From assembly GCA_030167145.1 (NCBI GenBank), contig CP126532.1, positions 3,360,001 to 3,392,000 on the forward strand: a DNA stretch of 32,000 bases. Reading direction: 5' to 3'. The notes under the pieces were generated by a model. The model made no database searches. It saw only the letters and a list, made by a program, of their open reading frames with translations, and was not told where the DNA came from. The position numbers and the translations under genes are program-made. Below, piece after piece: positions 22,102 through 29,869 of this stretch (positions within the stretch are counted from its first letter, which is position 1; each line of letters opens with the position of its first letter). The stretch is from Ktedonobacterales bacterium. Lineage in GTDB: Bacteria; Chloroflexota; Ktedonobacteria; Ktedonobacterales; JADMIN01.

Positions 22102-22761
22102 ATGGCAAACATGACAGACAAGGCGAAGCAGCTACAGCCCGCAGAAGAAACAAGCATACAGCAGAATGCGGCCACGGAGGATCTGCGGGCGCGGGTGTGG
22201 GAACTGCATTTGCGGGGGGCGACGAAGCGGGCGATTGCGGAGGTGGTGGGGGTTCACCGGCAGACAGTGGGGCGCTGGTTGGCGGCGGGATATGCGGAAC
22301 TGGAGGCGGACCGCAAGGCGCGGCAGAAGCGGCTATTGGCGGCGGCGGTGGCGCGCATGCGGCGGGTGCAGGAGCAGGCATGGGATGATCATGATGCGGA
22401 TGATGCGCGTGAGCAAGCGGTGTTAGATGCGGCCCTCTTCGGAACGGCTCAGAGGGGCCGCTCTGCGGCGCTCAGTGCGGCGGCAACGTCAGAGGGGAAC
22501 GATGAGAGAGGCGGCGGCGGTGTTCAGGGGATACGCTTGCAGTCGCAGCGGGCGCAATACCTGCGGGTGGTGCTGGACGCGGAGAAGGAGATTGCGCGGC
22601 TAGAGGGGCTGTACGAGGCGACAGGCGACGAGGGCGCGGCGGTATCGTTCGTGGTCCTTCGTGATGATGGGAGCCGTCTGACGGCCAGCGTGGGGCTGCT
22701 GAGGGGTAAAAGCAGGGCCGCGGCTGCGGTGTCAGAGTCAGAGGCGGCGGAAGATGAGTAG
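22102..22761 (+). CDS. Putative terminase small subunit / HTH DNA-binding protein (about 219 aa; start uncertain)
   Basis: Candidate starts are 22066, 22102 and 22111; the track start 22015 overlaps the portal gene. It has an HTH (GATKRAIAEVVGVHRQTVGRWL) followed by a coiled coil. Its stop overlaps the TerL start by 8 nt. It contains a family C element in frame. Confidence 0.6.
   Translation: MANMTDKAKQLQPAEETSIQQNAATEDLRARVWELHLRGATKRAIAEVVGVHRQTVGRWLAAGYAELEADRKARQKRLLAAAVARMRRVQEQAWDDHDADDAREQAVLDAALFGTAQRGRSAALSAAATSEGNDERGGGGVQGIRLQSQRAQYLRVVLDAEKEIARLEGLYEATGDEGAAVSFVVLRDDGSRLTASVGLLRGKSRAAAAVSESEAAEDE
22433..22473 (+). repeat. Hairpin mini-element family C, copy 6, inside the TerS-like CDS
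   Basis: ccctcttcggaacggctcagaggggccgctctgcggcgctc encodes ALFGTAQRGRSAA. This is a different reading frame from copy 5. Confidence 0.6.
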
Positions 22762-24097
22762 CCGTAGCACAGGTGTACGCGCCAAACGCAGAGCGCATGA
22801 GACGCTGAATCGGAGGCGGGAACTGCTGCTGAATCCCAAGCAGTACGACTTCGTGTTTTCGGAGGCGCGGTTCAGCTTCTACGTGGGTGGCATCGGCGCG
22901 GGCAAGACGTATGCGGGCGCGCTGCGGGCGCTGTTCGCGGGTCAGCAGCTGCCGGGGTCGCTGGGGCTGGTGGGCGCCCCCACGTATCCGATGCTCAGAG
23001 ACGCCACGCAGCGGACGTTCTTCGCGCTCTGCCCCGACGCGCTGATTCGCTCGTGGAACAAGACCGAGCAGCATCTGGTGTTCACCAACGGCAGTGAGAT
23101 ATTGTTCAGGAGTATGGACCAGCCGGATAGGGTGCGCGGGCTGAATCTGGCGTGGGCGTGGCTGGATGAGGCGCCGCTGTGTGGCTACTACGGCTGGCAA
23201 GTGCTGAAGGGCAGACTGCGGCAAGCGGGGTATCCAGCGCGAGCGTGGGCGACGGGGACGCCGCAGGGCCGGGATGGCTACGCGCGGGACTTTGAGTTGG
23301 AGCCACGCGACGGGCATGCGCTGTATCGGGCGAGCACCAGAGAGAATGCGTGCAACCTGCCGCCGGGGTTCATCGAGGACTTGGGCTATACGGGTCAGTT
23401 CGCGGCGCAGGAAATTGAAGGCCAGTTCGTGGCGTTCGAGGGGCTGGTGTACAGCTTCGATGCTGACGCCGTGGACGGGAATGTTCGGAGTTGGGCAGGC
23501 GGGGAGTTCCGTAGCGTGGTCGGTGGCATAGATTGGGGCTACACGAATCCAGCGGCGGCGGTGGTGTTTGGGCTGGATGGCGACGGGCGGGCGTGGCAGA
23601 CTGACGAGTTCTATCAGCGACGGGCAGGGCTGGAAGAGACGGTGCTGCCGGCGATAGTGGCGCTGACACGGCGGTATGGCGTGGTGCGCTGGTATGCGGA
23701 CTCGGAAGACCCGGAGGCGATAGACCGCTTGAACGCGGCGCTGGCACGGGAAGGATTGCAGACACGGGCGCGGGCGGCGGTGAAGGGCGCTGGCTCGGTG
23801 CGGGCGGGGATACAGACGGTGACGGGGCTGCTCTCGAAGCGCGGGGATGGGACGCGGGGGCTGTACGTTGACCCGCGGTGCGTGGCGACGATTGCGGAAT
23901 ATGGGACGTATGCGTATGCGACGGTGGACCGGGCGAAGCGGGATGCGTCGGAGGAGCCGCTGAAGCAGAGCGACCATGCGCTCGACGCGAGCCGGTATGC
24001 GCTGCATGGGGAGCTGGCGGGTGCGGCGAAGACGGAGGCGTACTTGGCGTCCATGCGGGGCAGATTGGAACACGAAAGCGTCTCGGTGGAACACTAA
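22754..24097 (+). CDS. terL: Terminase large subunit (447 aa)
   Basis: Walker A is YVGGIGAGKTYAG and Walker B-like is LAWAWLDEA. Nuclease-domain acidic motifs are GGIDWGYTNPAA, WYADSEDPEAIDRL and SDHALDASRYAL. The start overlaps the upstream gene. Confidence 0.92.
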   Translation: MSSRSTGVRAKRRAHETLNRRRELLLNPKQYDFVFSEARFSFYVGGIGAGKTYAGALRALFAGQQLPGSLGLVGAPTYPMLRDATQRTFFALCPDALIRSWNKTEQHLVFTNGSEILFRSMDQPDRVRGLNLAWAWLDEAPLCGYYGWQVLKGRLRQAGYPARAWATGTPQGRDGYARDFELEPRDGHALYRASTRENACNLPPGFIEDLGYTGQFAAQEIEGQFVAFEGLVYSFDADAVDGNVRSWAGGEFRSVVGGIDWGYTNPAAAVVFGLDGDGRAWQTDEFYQRRAGLEETVLPAIVALTRRYGVVRWYADSEDPEAIDRLNAALAREGLQTRARAAVKGAGSVRAGIQTVTGLLSKRGDGTRGLYVDPRCVATIAEYGTYAYATVDRAKRDASEEPLKQSDHALDASRYALHGELAGAAKTEAYLASMRGRLEHESVSVEH

Positions 24098-24136
24098 GAC
24101 GCTGATTTGGAACAGGGAACAGGTGAGGTGGAACAG

Positions 24137-25072
24137 ATGGGGAACCCGATGATCGTGAACGTGCCGATTGTGAATCAGCGGACGCAGACGGGGGCGGATG
24201 GGCGGCCGCCGGAAGACGGGAACATGGACTGCGTGCCCGCCAGCTTGAGCGCGATGGTGGCGGCGCTGATCGGGCAGCCGCAGAATGCCGACGGCTGGCA
24301 CGATGCGGTGTATGGGCAGGGGTACGTGGGGATGCAAGACCCGGCGAAGTACGTCGTGCATGCTCTCGGCCTGGGCGTGCATTTGTTCGCGTTCAACGGC
24401 ACAGCGCAGAACCTCGTGGCGGTGGCGGTGGAGGCGATACGCGCGGGGCATCCGGCGCTGCTCAGCATTCCGAGCGATTGGCTGGATGAGCCGCCGCACA
24501 GTCAGTACGCGCATATGGTGGCGGGCTGCGACGTGTCGGCGGATGGGCAGCAGTTGACATGCATGAATCCGTGGACGGCGGCGTATGAGACGCATACGCT
24601 GGCGTGGTGGGAAGAGCGGCTGAACTGCTGCTCGTACAAGACGGTGTGGGTATTGGAGAAGGTGGAGGGTAGTCAGGTGGACAACTGGACCGATGTGAGT
24701 GATGCGAGCGGTGCGGCGGCGCGTGATCAGCATGGGAACGAACTGCGGTTTGGGCAGGCGGCGTATGTGCTGGCGAACAAGAGCACGGCGAATGCGGTTG
24801 AGGGGGTAGCGGCGCAGGCGTATCCGTTCGGACCGGACTACTCCATCACCGCGCTGGAAGATGGCACGGCGTTGATCTACGGCAAGCAATCGAATGTGGT
24901 GAGCCATGTCGGCGGGGACGCGGGCGCGGTGATCAGCGGGCTGTATCTGGCGTTGGTGAAGCTACAAGAGGCAGATCCGGGTACGACGCCGCCACCGGCG
25001 GAACCCCCGGAAGATGCGGCGGCGTTGGCTGCGGTGCGGGCGCTGGCGGCTGCGTTGGCGCAGGTGGGGTGA
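24137..25072 (+). CDS. Putative cysteine peptidase (C39-like / papain fold), possible lysin (311 aa)
   Basis: I preferred ATG 24137 (GGTGAGGTGGA upstream) over the TTG at 24107. The motifs are VNVPIVNQRTQTG...NMDCVPASLSAMVAALIG (Cys motif) and YAHMVAGCDV...LTCMNPW (His motif). It is the last gene of the rightward operon. Confidence 0.6.
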   Translation: MGNPMIVNVPIVNQRTQTGADGRPPEDGNMDCVPASLSAMVAALIGQPQNADGWHDAVYGQGYVGMQDPAKYVVHALGLGVHLFAFNGTAQNLVAVAVEAIRAGHPALLSIPSDWLDEPPHSQYAHMVAGCDVSADGQQLTCMNPWTAAYETHTLAWWEERLNCCSYKTVWVLEKVEGSQVDNWTDVSDASGAAARDQHGNELRFGQAAYVLANKSTANAVEGVAAQAYPFGPDYSITALEDGTALIYGKQSNVVSHVGGDAGAVISGLYLALVKLQEADPGTTPPPAEPPEDAAALAAVRALAAALAQVG

Positions 25073-25082
25073 GGGGAAGGGG

Positions 25083-25124
25083 GTGCGCCCCGGCTGGCTA
25101 CGGTGAATGATGGCAGGGGCGCAC
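25083..25124. terminator. Hairpin between convergent genes (possible bidirectional terminator)
   Basis: The stem is GTGCGCCCC (25083-25091) / GGGGCGCAC (25116-25124) with a 24-nt loop. There is no clear T-tract. Confidence 0.35.
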
Positions 25125-25137
25125 GAGCGGGAGCATG

Positions 25138-27087
25138 TCATCGGGAGAAGAGGCGCTGAAGGAGGACGGCGACGAAGAGGCTTTCGATGACAATGCCGGC
25201 AATGGATTCGGCGGTGGCGATCCAGGATTGGACGGTATCGAGGCCGAACTGGGCGAAGAAGACGCGCCCGTGGATGGCGTTGAGGCTGATCTGCGCGGCT
25301 TGGTCGGGGCGTAATGCGTTGGCGCCAGGGCCGCCAAGGGAGCCAGCGAGCCAAAAGAGGGCAGCAAAGAGGGCGACGGTGAGGACGTACGTGATGAGGA
25401 TACGATGCAGGCGGTAGCCATAGCCGACGAGCAGGGAGAGGAAGCCAGAGGCAAGGTAACTGCCGAAGCGGCGCTCGTACCAGCGTTGCTTGCGCTGCAT
25501 GACCTGGGCGCGGTAGGCGTAACGGTCGGCGATGTCGCCGAGGCCCTGGTCTTTGAGTTTCGTGGCGAGCAGGCGATAGGCGCGTGCGGCGGCGGCGCAC
25601 TCGGTGGCGCGGATAGCACGCGATTTGCGCTTCTGATCTTTATCCAAAGCCACACGGGCGATATGCTCGTCGCCCAGGACGGGCACGAGATCCCAATCCA
25701 CGACGCTGAGGTTGGTGTTGTCGAAGGTAGCCTGGTCGAGCCGGACTCTGGTCAAGATGGCCCCATTCAACCGGGTGGTTTTGTCCAGAGAGGCCACGCC
25801 GAGGTCAGCGTCTGCCAGGTGCGCGTCGTTGAGGATAGTCCCTTCCAGGTGCGCCTGTTGCAGGTTGGCTCCTTCCAGGTGCGCCTGTTGCAGGTTGGCT
25901 CCTTCCAGGTGCGCAGCGCGAAGGTCAGCTCCGTCCAGATGCGCATCGTCGAGATGGGCCGCATCAAGGTGGGTTGTGCGCAGATTAGCCCGATCGAGGT
26001 GCGCTCCGCTCAGGTAGGCCCGCTCCAGGTGTGCTTGGTAGAGGTCGGCTTCCTCCAAATGCGCCTGACTGAGGTCGGCCTCCTCCAGGTACGCCGAGTC
26101 GAGGCTGGCCCCGTCCAGATGTGCCTCCCTGAGGCTGGCCCGCTCGAGGTGAGCATCGTTGAGGCTGGCCCGCTCGAGGTGAGCTCGGTTGAGGTCCGTC
26201 CGCTCGAGGTGAGCATCGTTCAAGTCGGCTTCCTCCAAATGCGCCTCAGTGAGGATGGTTCCGTCTAGCAGCGCTGCTCTGAGGTTGGCTCGTTCCAGGT
26301 GCGTTCCGGTGAGATTGACCTGTTCCAGGCGTGCCTTGTGCAGGTCAGCCTCGTGCAGGTCAGCCCCGGTGAGGAAGGCGTCCCATAGGAGCGCCTCGCT
26401 GAGGTCGGCCCCGTCCAGCGTGGCCCCCTCCAGGTGCACCCGTTTGAGTTCAGACTCCTTCAGATGTGCCCCGCTGAGGTTGGCTCGCTCCAGGTGAGCA
26501 TCGTTGAGGTAAACGTGCTCCAAGGTTGCATTGGAGAGGTCAGCCCGTTCCAGGTGTGCCTCAATGAGTGTGGCCCTGTTCAGGAGCGCCTTGCTGACTT
26601 TGGCCTCGTCTAGATAGGCGCGAGAGAGATTGGCCCCAGTCAGGTATGCCTCGCTGAGGTCGGCTCGTTCCAGGTGTGCCTCGGAGAGAAAGGAGTCCAC
26701 CAGGTGCGCCCCTTGCAGGACTGCCCCCTCCAGGTGGAGGTCTGAAAGCGGGAAATGTCCGTAGTCGTGCAACCTGAGTCTAGTGGCTAGGGTGTCGAGG
26801 TCGCTTTCAGGTCCAGCGACGGCGAGCGCCGCGAGCCAGAAGACGTCGGCTCCGGTGAGGTGGACACCTGTGAAGACGCTGGAGTCTACGTGGCGCTCGC
26901 CGTCAGGCTGGGCAGCCCACGCGCGCTGGCGTTCGGTGAGGTCGCGGAGTTCGGCGAGGCGGGCGTCGGAGATGGGGTCACCCCAGCTGTCGAGCCCAGG
27001 TTGGTTCTCGGATGTGGTGGAGAATATGGTGAGGGATGGTGACTGATCAGCGGGCGAGGTGGTGTCGGGTTGGGATGCATCGGTCAT
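25138..27087 (-). CDS. Pentapeptide-repeat protein with a C-terminal two-helix channel-like membrane domain (650 aa)
   Basis: I preferred ATG 27087 (GGAGGG 10 nt upstream) over the track start at 27282. About 380 aa are A(D/N)LxX repeats (HLERADLSEAYLTGANLSRAYLDEA...). The C-terminus has hydrophobic helices flanking a pore-like loop (GYGYRLHRILITYVLTVALFAALFWL...SLNAIHGRVFFAQFG...IAGIVIESLFVAVLLQRL). Confidence 0.85.
   Translation of the reverse strand: MTDASQPDTTSPADQSPSLTIFSTTSENQPGLDSWGDPISDARLAELRDLTERQRAWAAQPDGERHVDSSVFTGVHLTGADVFWLAALAVAGPESDLDTLATRLRLHDYGHFPLSDLHLEGAVLQGAHLVDSFLSEAHLERADLSEAYLTGANLSRAYLDEAKVSKALLNRATLIEAHLERADLSNATLEHVYLNDAHLERANLSGAHLKESELKRVHLEGATLDGADLSEALLWDAFLTGADLHEADLHKARLEQVNLTGTHLERANLRAALLDGTILTEAHLEEADLNDAHLERTDLNRAHLERASLNDAHLERASLREAHLDGASLDSAYLEEADLSQAHLEEADLYQAHLERAYLSGAHLDRANLRTTHLDAAHLDDAHLDGADLRAAHLEGANLQQAHLEGANLQQAHLEGTILNDAHLADADLGVASLDKTTRLNGAILTRVRLDQATFDNTNLSVVDWDLVPVLGDEHIARVALDKDQKRKSRAIRATECAAAARAYRLLATKLKDQGLGDIADRYAYRAQVMQRKQRWYERRFGSYLASGFLSLLVGYGYRLHRILITYVLTVALFAALFWLAGSLGGPGANALRPDQAAQISLNAIHGRVFFAQFGLDTVQSWIATAESIAGIVIESLFVAVLLQRLFSR
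25841..25900. repeat. Perfect 30-bp tandem duplication inside the pentapeptide gene
   Basis: ccttccaggtgcgcctgttgcaggttggct occurs twice, encoding AHLEGANLQQ twice. The next 10 nt repeat again. Confidence 0.9.
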
Positions 27088-27418
27088 GGGTCTGGTGCCC
27101 TCCGAACTGAGGCGGGATGGTGGAACGACGACGACGGGCGGTGGGTGTAGTGTGAGACGCAGTATAGCAGCAGGCGGCGGCGATGGGAAGCGATGGCTGC
27201 CGCAGGGGCTGCTCATTTTATAACCCATCATCCTGGCAGTGATAGTGACGCTCTCGCATCGACGTGAACGACCCCCCAGCAATCGCAGCAGGTACGCCGA
27301 CGCCGTTGACAGGTGGCGGGAGGTTGCGCAACAAGCGAAAGAAATGACAATAATGGTGGCAAGTATTTCGCTAGCTTCTTGTGGTCTGACCTCAACGAGA
27401 ACGGGGGAGTGAGACGGT

Positions 27419-27979
27419 ATGAGAGTAGTGGAGATCTATGCCCGCGGTGGATTCCTGGCATCCGTAGTAATGCGTCCGGGGGAGGACTGGAAAGAGATTG
27501 CCACACGCACCTACGCGGCGCTCCTCTACCCGCGCACGCGGAGTATGCGCGTGTGGAGAATTGTGCCTGTGGATGAGCACTCCTGGGACCTGTGGTTCAG
27601 CGTCTCTTCTGGTGAAGTACATGGAGAGGCGTTCGTGTCGGTGAGCGACCAGGAGGAGCCCGCTGTCGGCGAACCGGGAACCGTGGAGATTTGGGGACCT
27701 AGCGGTGAACTGATGGCAACGGCGGCGCTTCAGCCGCATGTGTACTGGGAAACAGTTGCCGCACGGCTTTTCGCGGCGTTGCGGCAGCCGCTAGCGGTAC
27801 AGCGTATGCGCACGCGAAGAGACCTTTCTGATGACAACGCAGATCTAGAAGACAACGCAAATCGCGTGAAGTTTGGAATAGAACACGGTGCGTATGATTT
27901 TGAAGTGATACAAAAAGCCATCGTGCGGTTGAACAAACCTGTAGGGCAGGCGGAGACTGGTGAGTTGGACCACCATTGA
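27419..27979 (+). CDS. Hypothetical protein with an internal domain duplication (186 aa)
   Basis: ATG at 27419 follows GGGGGAGTGAG. VEIYARGGFLASVVMRPGEDWKEIATRTYAALLYP parallels VEIWGPSGELMATAALQPHVYWETVAARLFAALRQP. It is divergent from the pentapeptide gene across a lower-GC gap. Confidence 0.6.
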   Translation: MRVVEIYARGGFLASVVMRPGEDWKEIATRTYAALLYPRTRSMRVWRIVPVDEHSWDLWFSVSSGEVHGEAFVSVSDQEEPAVGEPGTVEIWGPSGELMATAALQPHVYWETVAARLFAALRQPLAVQRMRTRRDLSDDNADLEDNANRVKFGIEHGAYDFEVIQKAIVRLNKPVGQAETGELDHH

Positions 27980-28066
27980 GCGTCTGTGATACCTGGCGCA
28001 GAGTGTGAACCCTTCGGTGCGCAGGGAACGCTGAGTATGAGGTGGGCGCCTCACTTGACTAGCGTG

Positions 28067-28120
28067 TGTCGGTCATGTCAGTCCTGTCGGTCATGTCAGT
28101 CCTGTCGGACCTGTCAATCT
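28067..28120. repeat. 9-nt periodic tandem repeat (six units, or three 18-nt units)
   Basis: The units are tgtcggtca tgtcagtcc tgtcggtca tgtcagtcc tgtcggacc tgtcaatct. The array overlaps the stop codon of the helicase remnant. Confidence 0.8.
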
Positions 28121-28437
28121 ATGGGGCTGGCTCTGCTGCCGGTGATGAGGTTGACGGCGGTGTCCCAGAGGCTGGGCTGGTAGACGGCGATGTCGCGCTC
28201 GGTGCCCAGGACGATGACGTCGTGCATGGCGCGGGAGATGGCGATGGAGAGCAGGGTGTCGCGTTTGGGGTGCTTGGCGATCGCGTCAAGCTCGGTGAGG
28301 ATGACGACTTTGGCTTCGAGGCCTTTGGCGGCGCGGATGGTGGTGAGGGGGATTTCGTCGGTGTAGAGGCTGTCGTTGAGCCAGCGGAGGCGGTGCTCAG
28401 GCCCACCGCTGCGTCGCCTCGCAGCAGTGGCGTGACC
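28114..28437 (-). pseudogene. Remnant of the C-terminal domain of an SF1 (UvrD/NERD-associated type) helicase-like gene
   Basis: This frame is absent from the ORF track because it has no start codon. My translation is ...PEHRLRWLNDSLYTDEIPLTTIRAAKGLEAKVVILTELDAIAKHPKRDTLLSIAISRAMHDVIVLGTERDIAVYQPSLWDTAVNLITGSRASPID, stop at 28114-28116. T(I)xxAKGLE...V(V)IL and (L/I)S(I)AISRA...(V)L resemble the last SF1 helicase motifs. An in-frame stop lies at 28438-28440, and the only in-frame Met is 37 codons from the end. Confidence 0.45.
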
Positions 28438-28568
28438 TCATCTCCTCCGCCTCCCGCTCTCACAGGTGGCCACGGCAGAGCGACATACACCAGGGGCCCA
28501 GGGCAATTGCATGCCAGACACACGTAATAGCCCCAGGCAATGCCGGGGATGTCGTATTGCTTCTGTAC

Positions 28569-29285
28569 TCAGCCTGAGTAGGTAACGATGTACTCCTGCT
28601 GATTCGTCATGGCTCCGCCGATGTCGAGTGTCAGGGTGTATGTGAGATTGGTGGCATTCGGGTCAATGTTCCCCTGGCCGTTGGAGTCGTTCACATCAAG
28701 GTTGATACGCCCTGCGGTGTAGACATCGCCCACTTCATTTTGATGATAATAGGCGAACACGATAGATCCGCAGGGGCTATCAAGTTGCTGACCATAGAAG
28801 TAGGCGAGTAAGTCCTCGGCGAGTTGCTGGCCCGTGACGCTTGGGTCAACAATGACCTCGCGCTTTGGCTGGGGGCAGACCCCGACAAGGCCCACGCTCT
28901 CGCTGTGGACGGTCTGTATGGCGCTCGCATTTCCTTGTGCGGCAAGCCCACGCAAATCGTCGAGCGTGGTTGGCGGGTAGTGGACGATCCGAGGAGTCGG
29001 CGTGGGCTTGGGTGTGGCCGTCGAGGCTGGCGTATGGGGCGATGTCGCCGTTTGCCCGACCGAGTTGCCGCCATTGCTGCCTGCTGACGAGATGGCCGCA
29101 GCGACGCCGCTGCAGACGACGCACACGGTCAAGAGCGCGACGCACCCGATGCCGATCTGGAGCGGGCGCGATGCCGACCGGAACCAGCCGAACAGGCTGC
29201 GGTGCTGGGGCGGCGCGGGCGGCGCGGGCGGCGCGGGCGGCGGAGTCTGCGGATGCGGTGGCTGCTCAAACGGGGGTTGGTTCAT
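28569..29285 (-). CDS. Membrane-anchored protein: Pro-rich N-terminus, one TM, Thr/Pro linker, globular exported domain (238 aa)
   Basis: The N-terminus is MNQPPFEQPPHPQTPPPAPPAPPAPP, with a 9-nt ggcgcgggc x3 repeat at ~29213-29240. The TM helix is LQIGIGCVALLTVCVVCSGVAAAI and the linker is TPASTATPKPTPTP. The C-terminal domain of about 130 aa has two Cys. Confidence 0.7.
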   Translation of the reverse strand: MNQPPFEQPPHPQTPPPAPPAPPAPPQHRSLFGWFRSASRPLQIGIGCVALLTVCVVCSGVAAAISSAGSNGGNSVGQTATSPHTPASTATPKPTPTPRIVHYPPTTLDDLRGLAAQGNASAIQTVHSESVGLVGVCPQPKREVIVDPSVTGQQLAEDLLAYFYGQQLDSPCGSIVFAYYHQNEVGDVYTAGRINLDVNDSNGQGNIDPNATNLTYTLTLDIGGAMTNQQEYIVTYSG

Positions 29286-29869
29286 TGTTGCGGCTCCTCT
29301 GTGTGCTTACTCTCGTAGTGGCGGTGTTCGATGACTGCCACCTACATCTCACACTACGATACTCCCGCTGTCAAGCAGGGAGCTTGATGCGGCTGCAACA
29401 CTGGACCTGCTCACTGTCGGCTGGCGACGTTGACGGCTGCGATTACAGAGGGGACCAGTGCGAAATGCGGGGGTGACGGTAGCGAGGAGGTATAGCTGCC
29501 GCGCAGATGCGAGAAACGGCATGAAGAACCATCGGGGAACCCCCCACCATTCCTGGCGTCTGAGTCGGTGCAAGTGCTGAGAACAATCCGCGCCCGCTCC
29601 TACTGGCAACTACTGAGAATTATCCATGGACGATACGGCGCTGCCGACGAAAGATTCTACAGTGCGTGGCGCGTTCCCAATTAGCAGTGTTCGCCGTCTC
29701 TACCACAATTGAAAATCTCTATACAACGTGCTAGACTGGCGAGGCAGACGGACGCCGTCTTACTGCCAGGTGGCTGTTGGTCCCGGAAACCTACCTGGGT
29801 CTTAGCCCCACTTACTTTGCGCTGGGCATTCATGGCCGCGCATTGCCCGATCACCAGGAAACGCCGGAT

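Larger units (their letters stand above)
4058..25124. mobile_element. Phage-like element (about 21 kb): ORFan leftward arm plus a tail-less head/packaging rightward arm; boundaries approximate
   Basis: The left limit is set by the GC shift at ~3990-4057. The right limit is set by the convergent non-phage gene at 25138. Phage hallmark genes lie at 14153-25072. I found no att repeats, integrase or tail genes. Confidence 0.55.

Noticed and set aside
22472-24907. 811-aa ORF on the minus strand
   Set aside because: It is antisense to TerS, TerL and the peptidase. It has Arg/Pro/His-rich low-complexity composition. The plus-strand genes carry clear Walker and nuclease motifs.
28066-28527. 153-aa plus-strand and 134-aa minus-strand ORFs
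   Set aside because: The plus ORF begins in the 9-nt repeat (MSVMSVLSVMSVLS) and is Gly/Asp-rich antisense. The minus ORF is Ser/Pro/Thr-rich. The third frame carries the helicase-like motifs.
29777-29869. Upstream non-ATG start extending the TIR-MCP protein by 31 aa
   Set aside because: TIR_2-type domains typically begin within a few residues of the FICY(R)RxD strand. ATG 29870 has an AGGA upstream, and the extension has no features.
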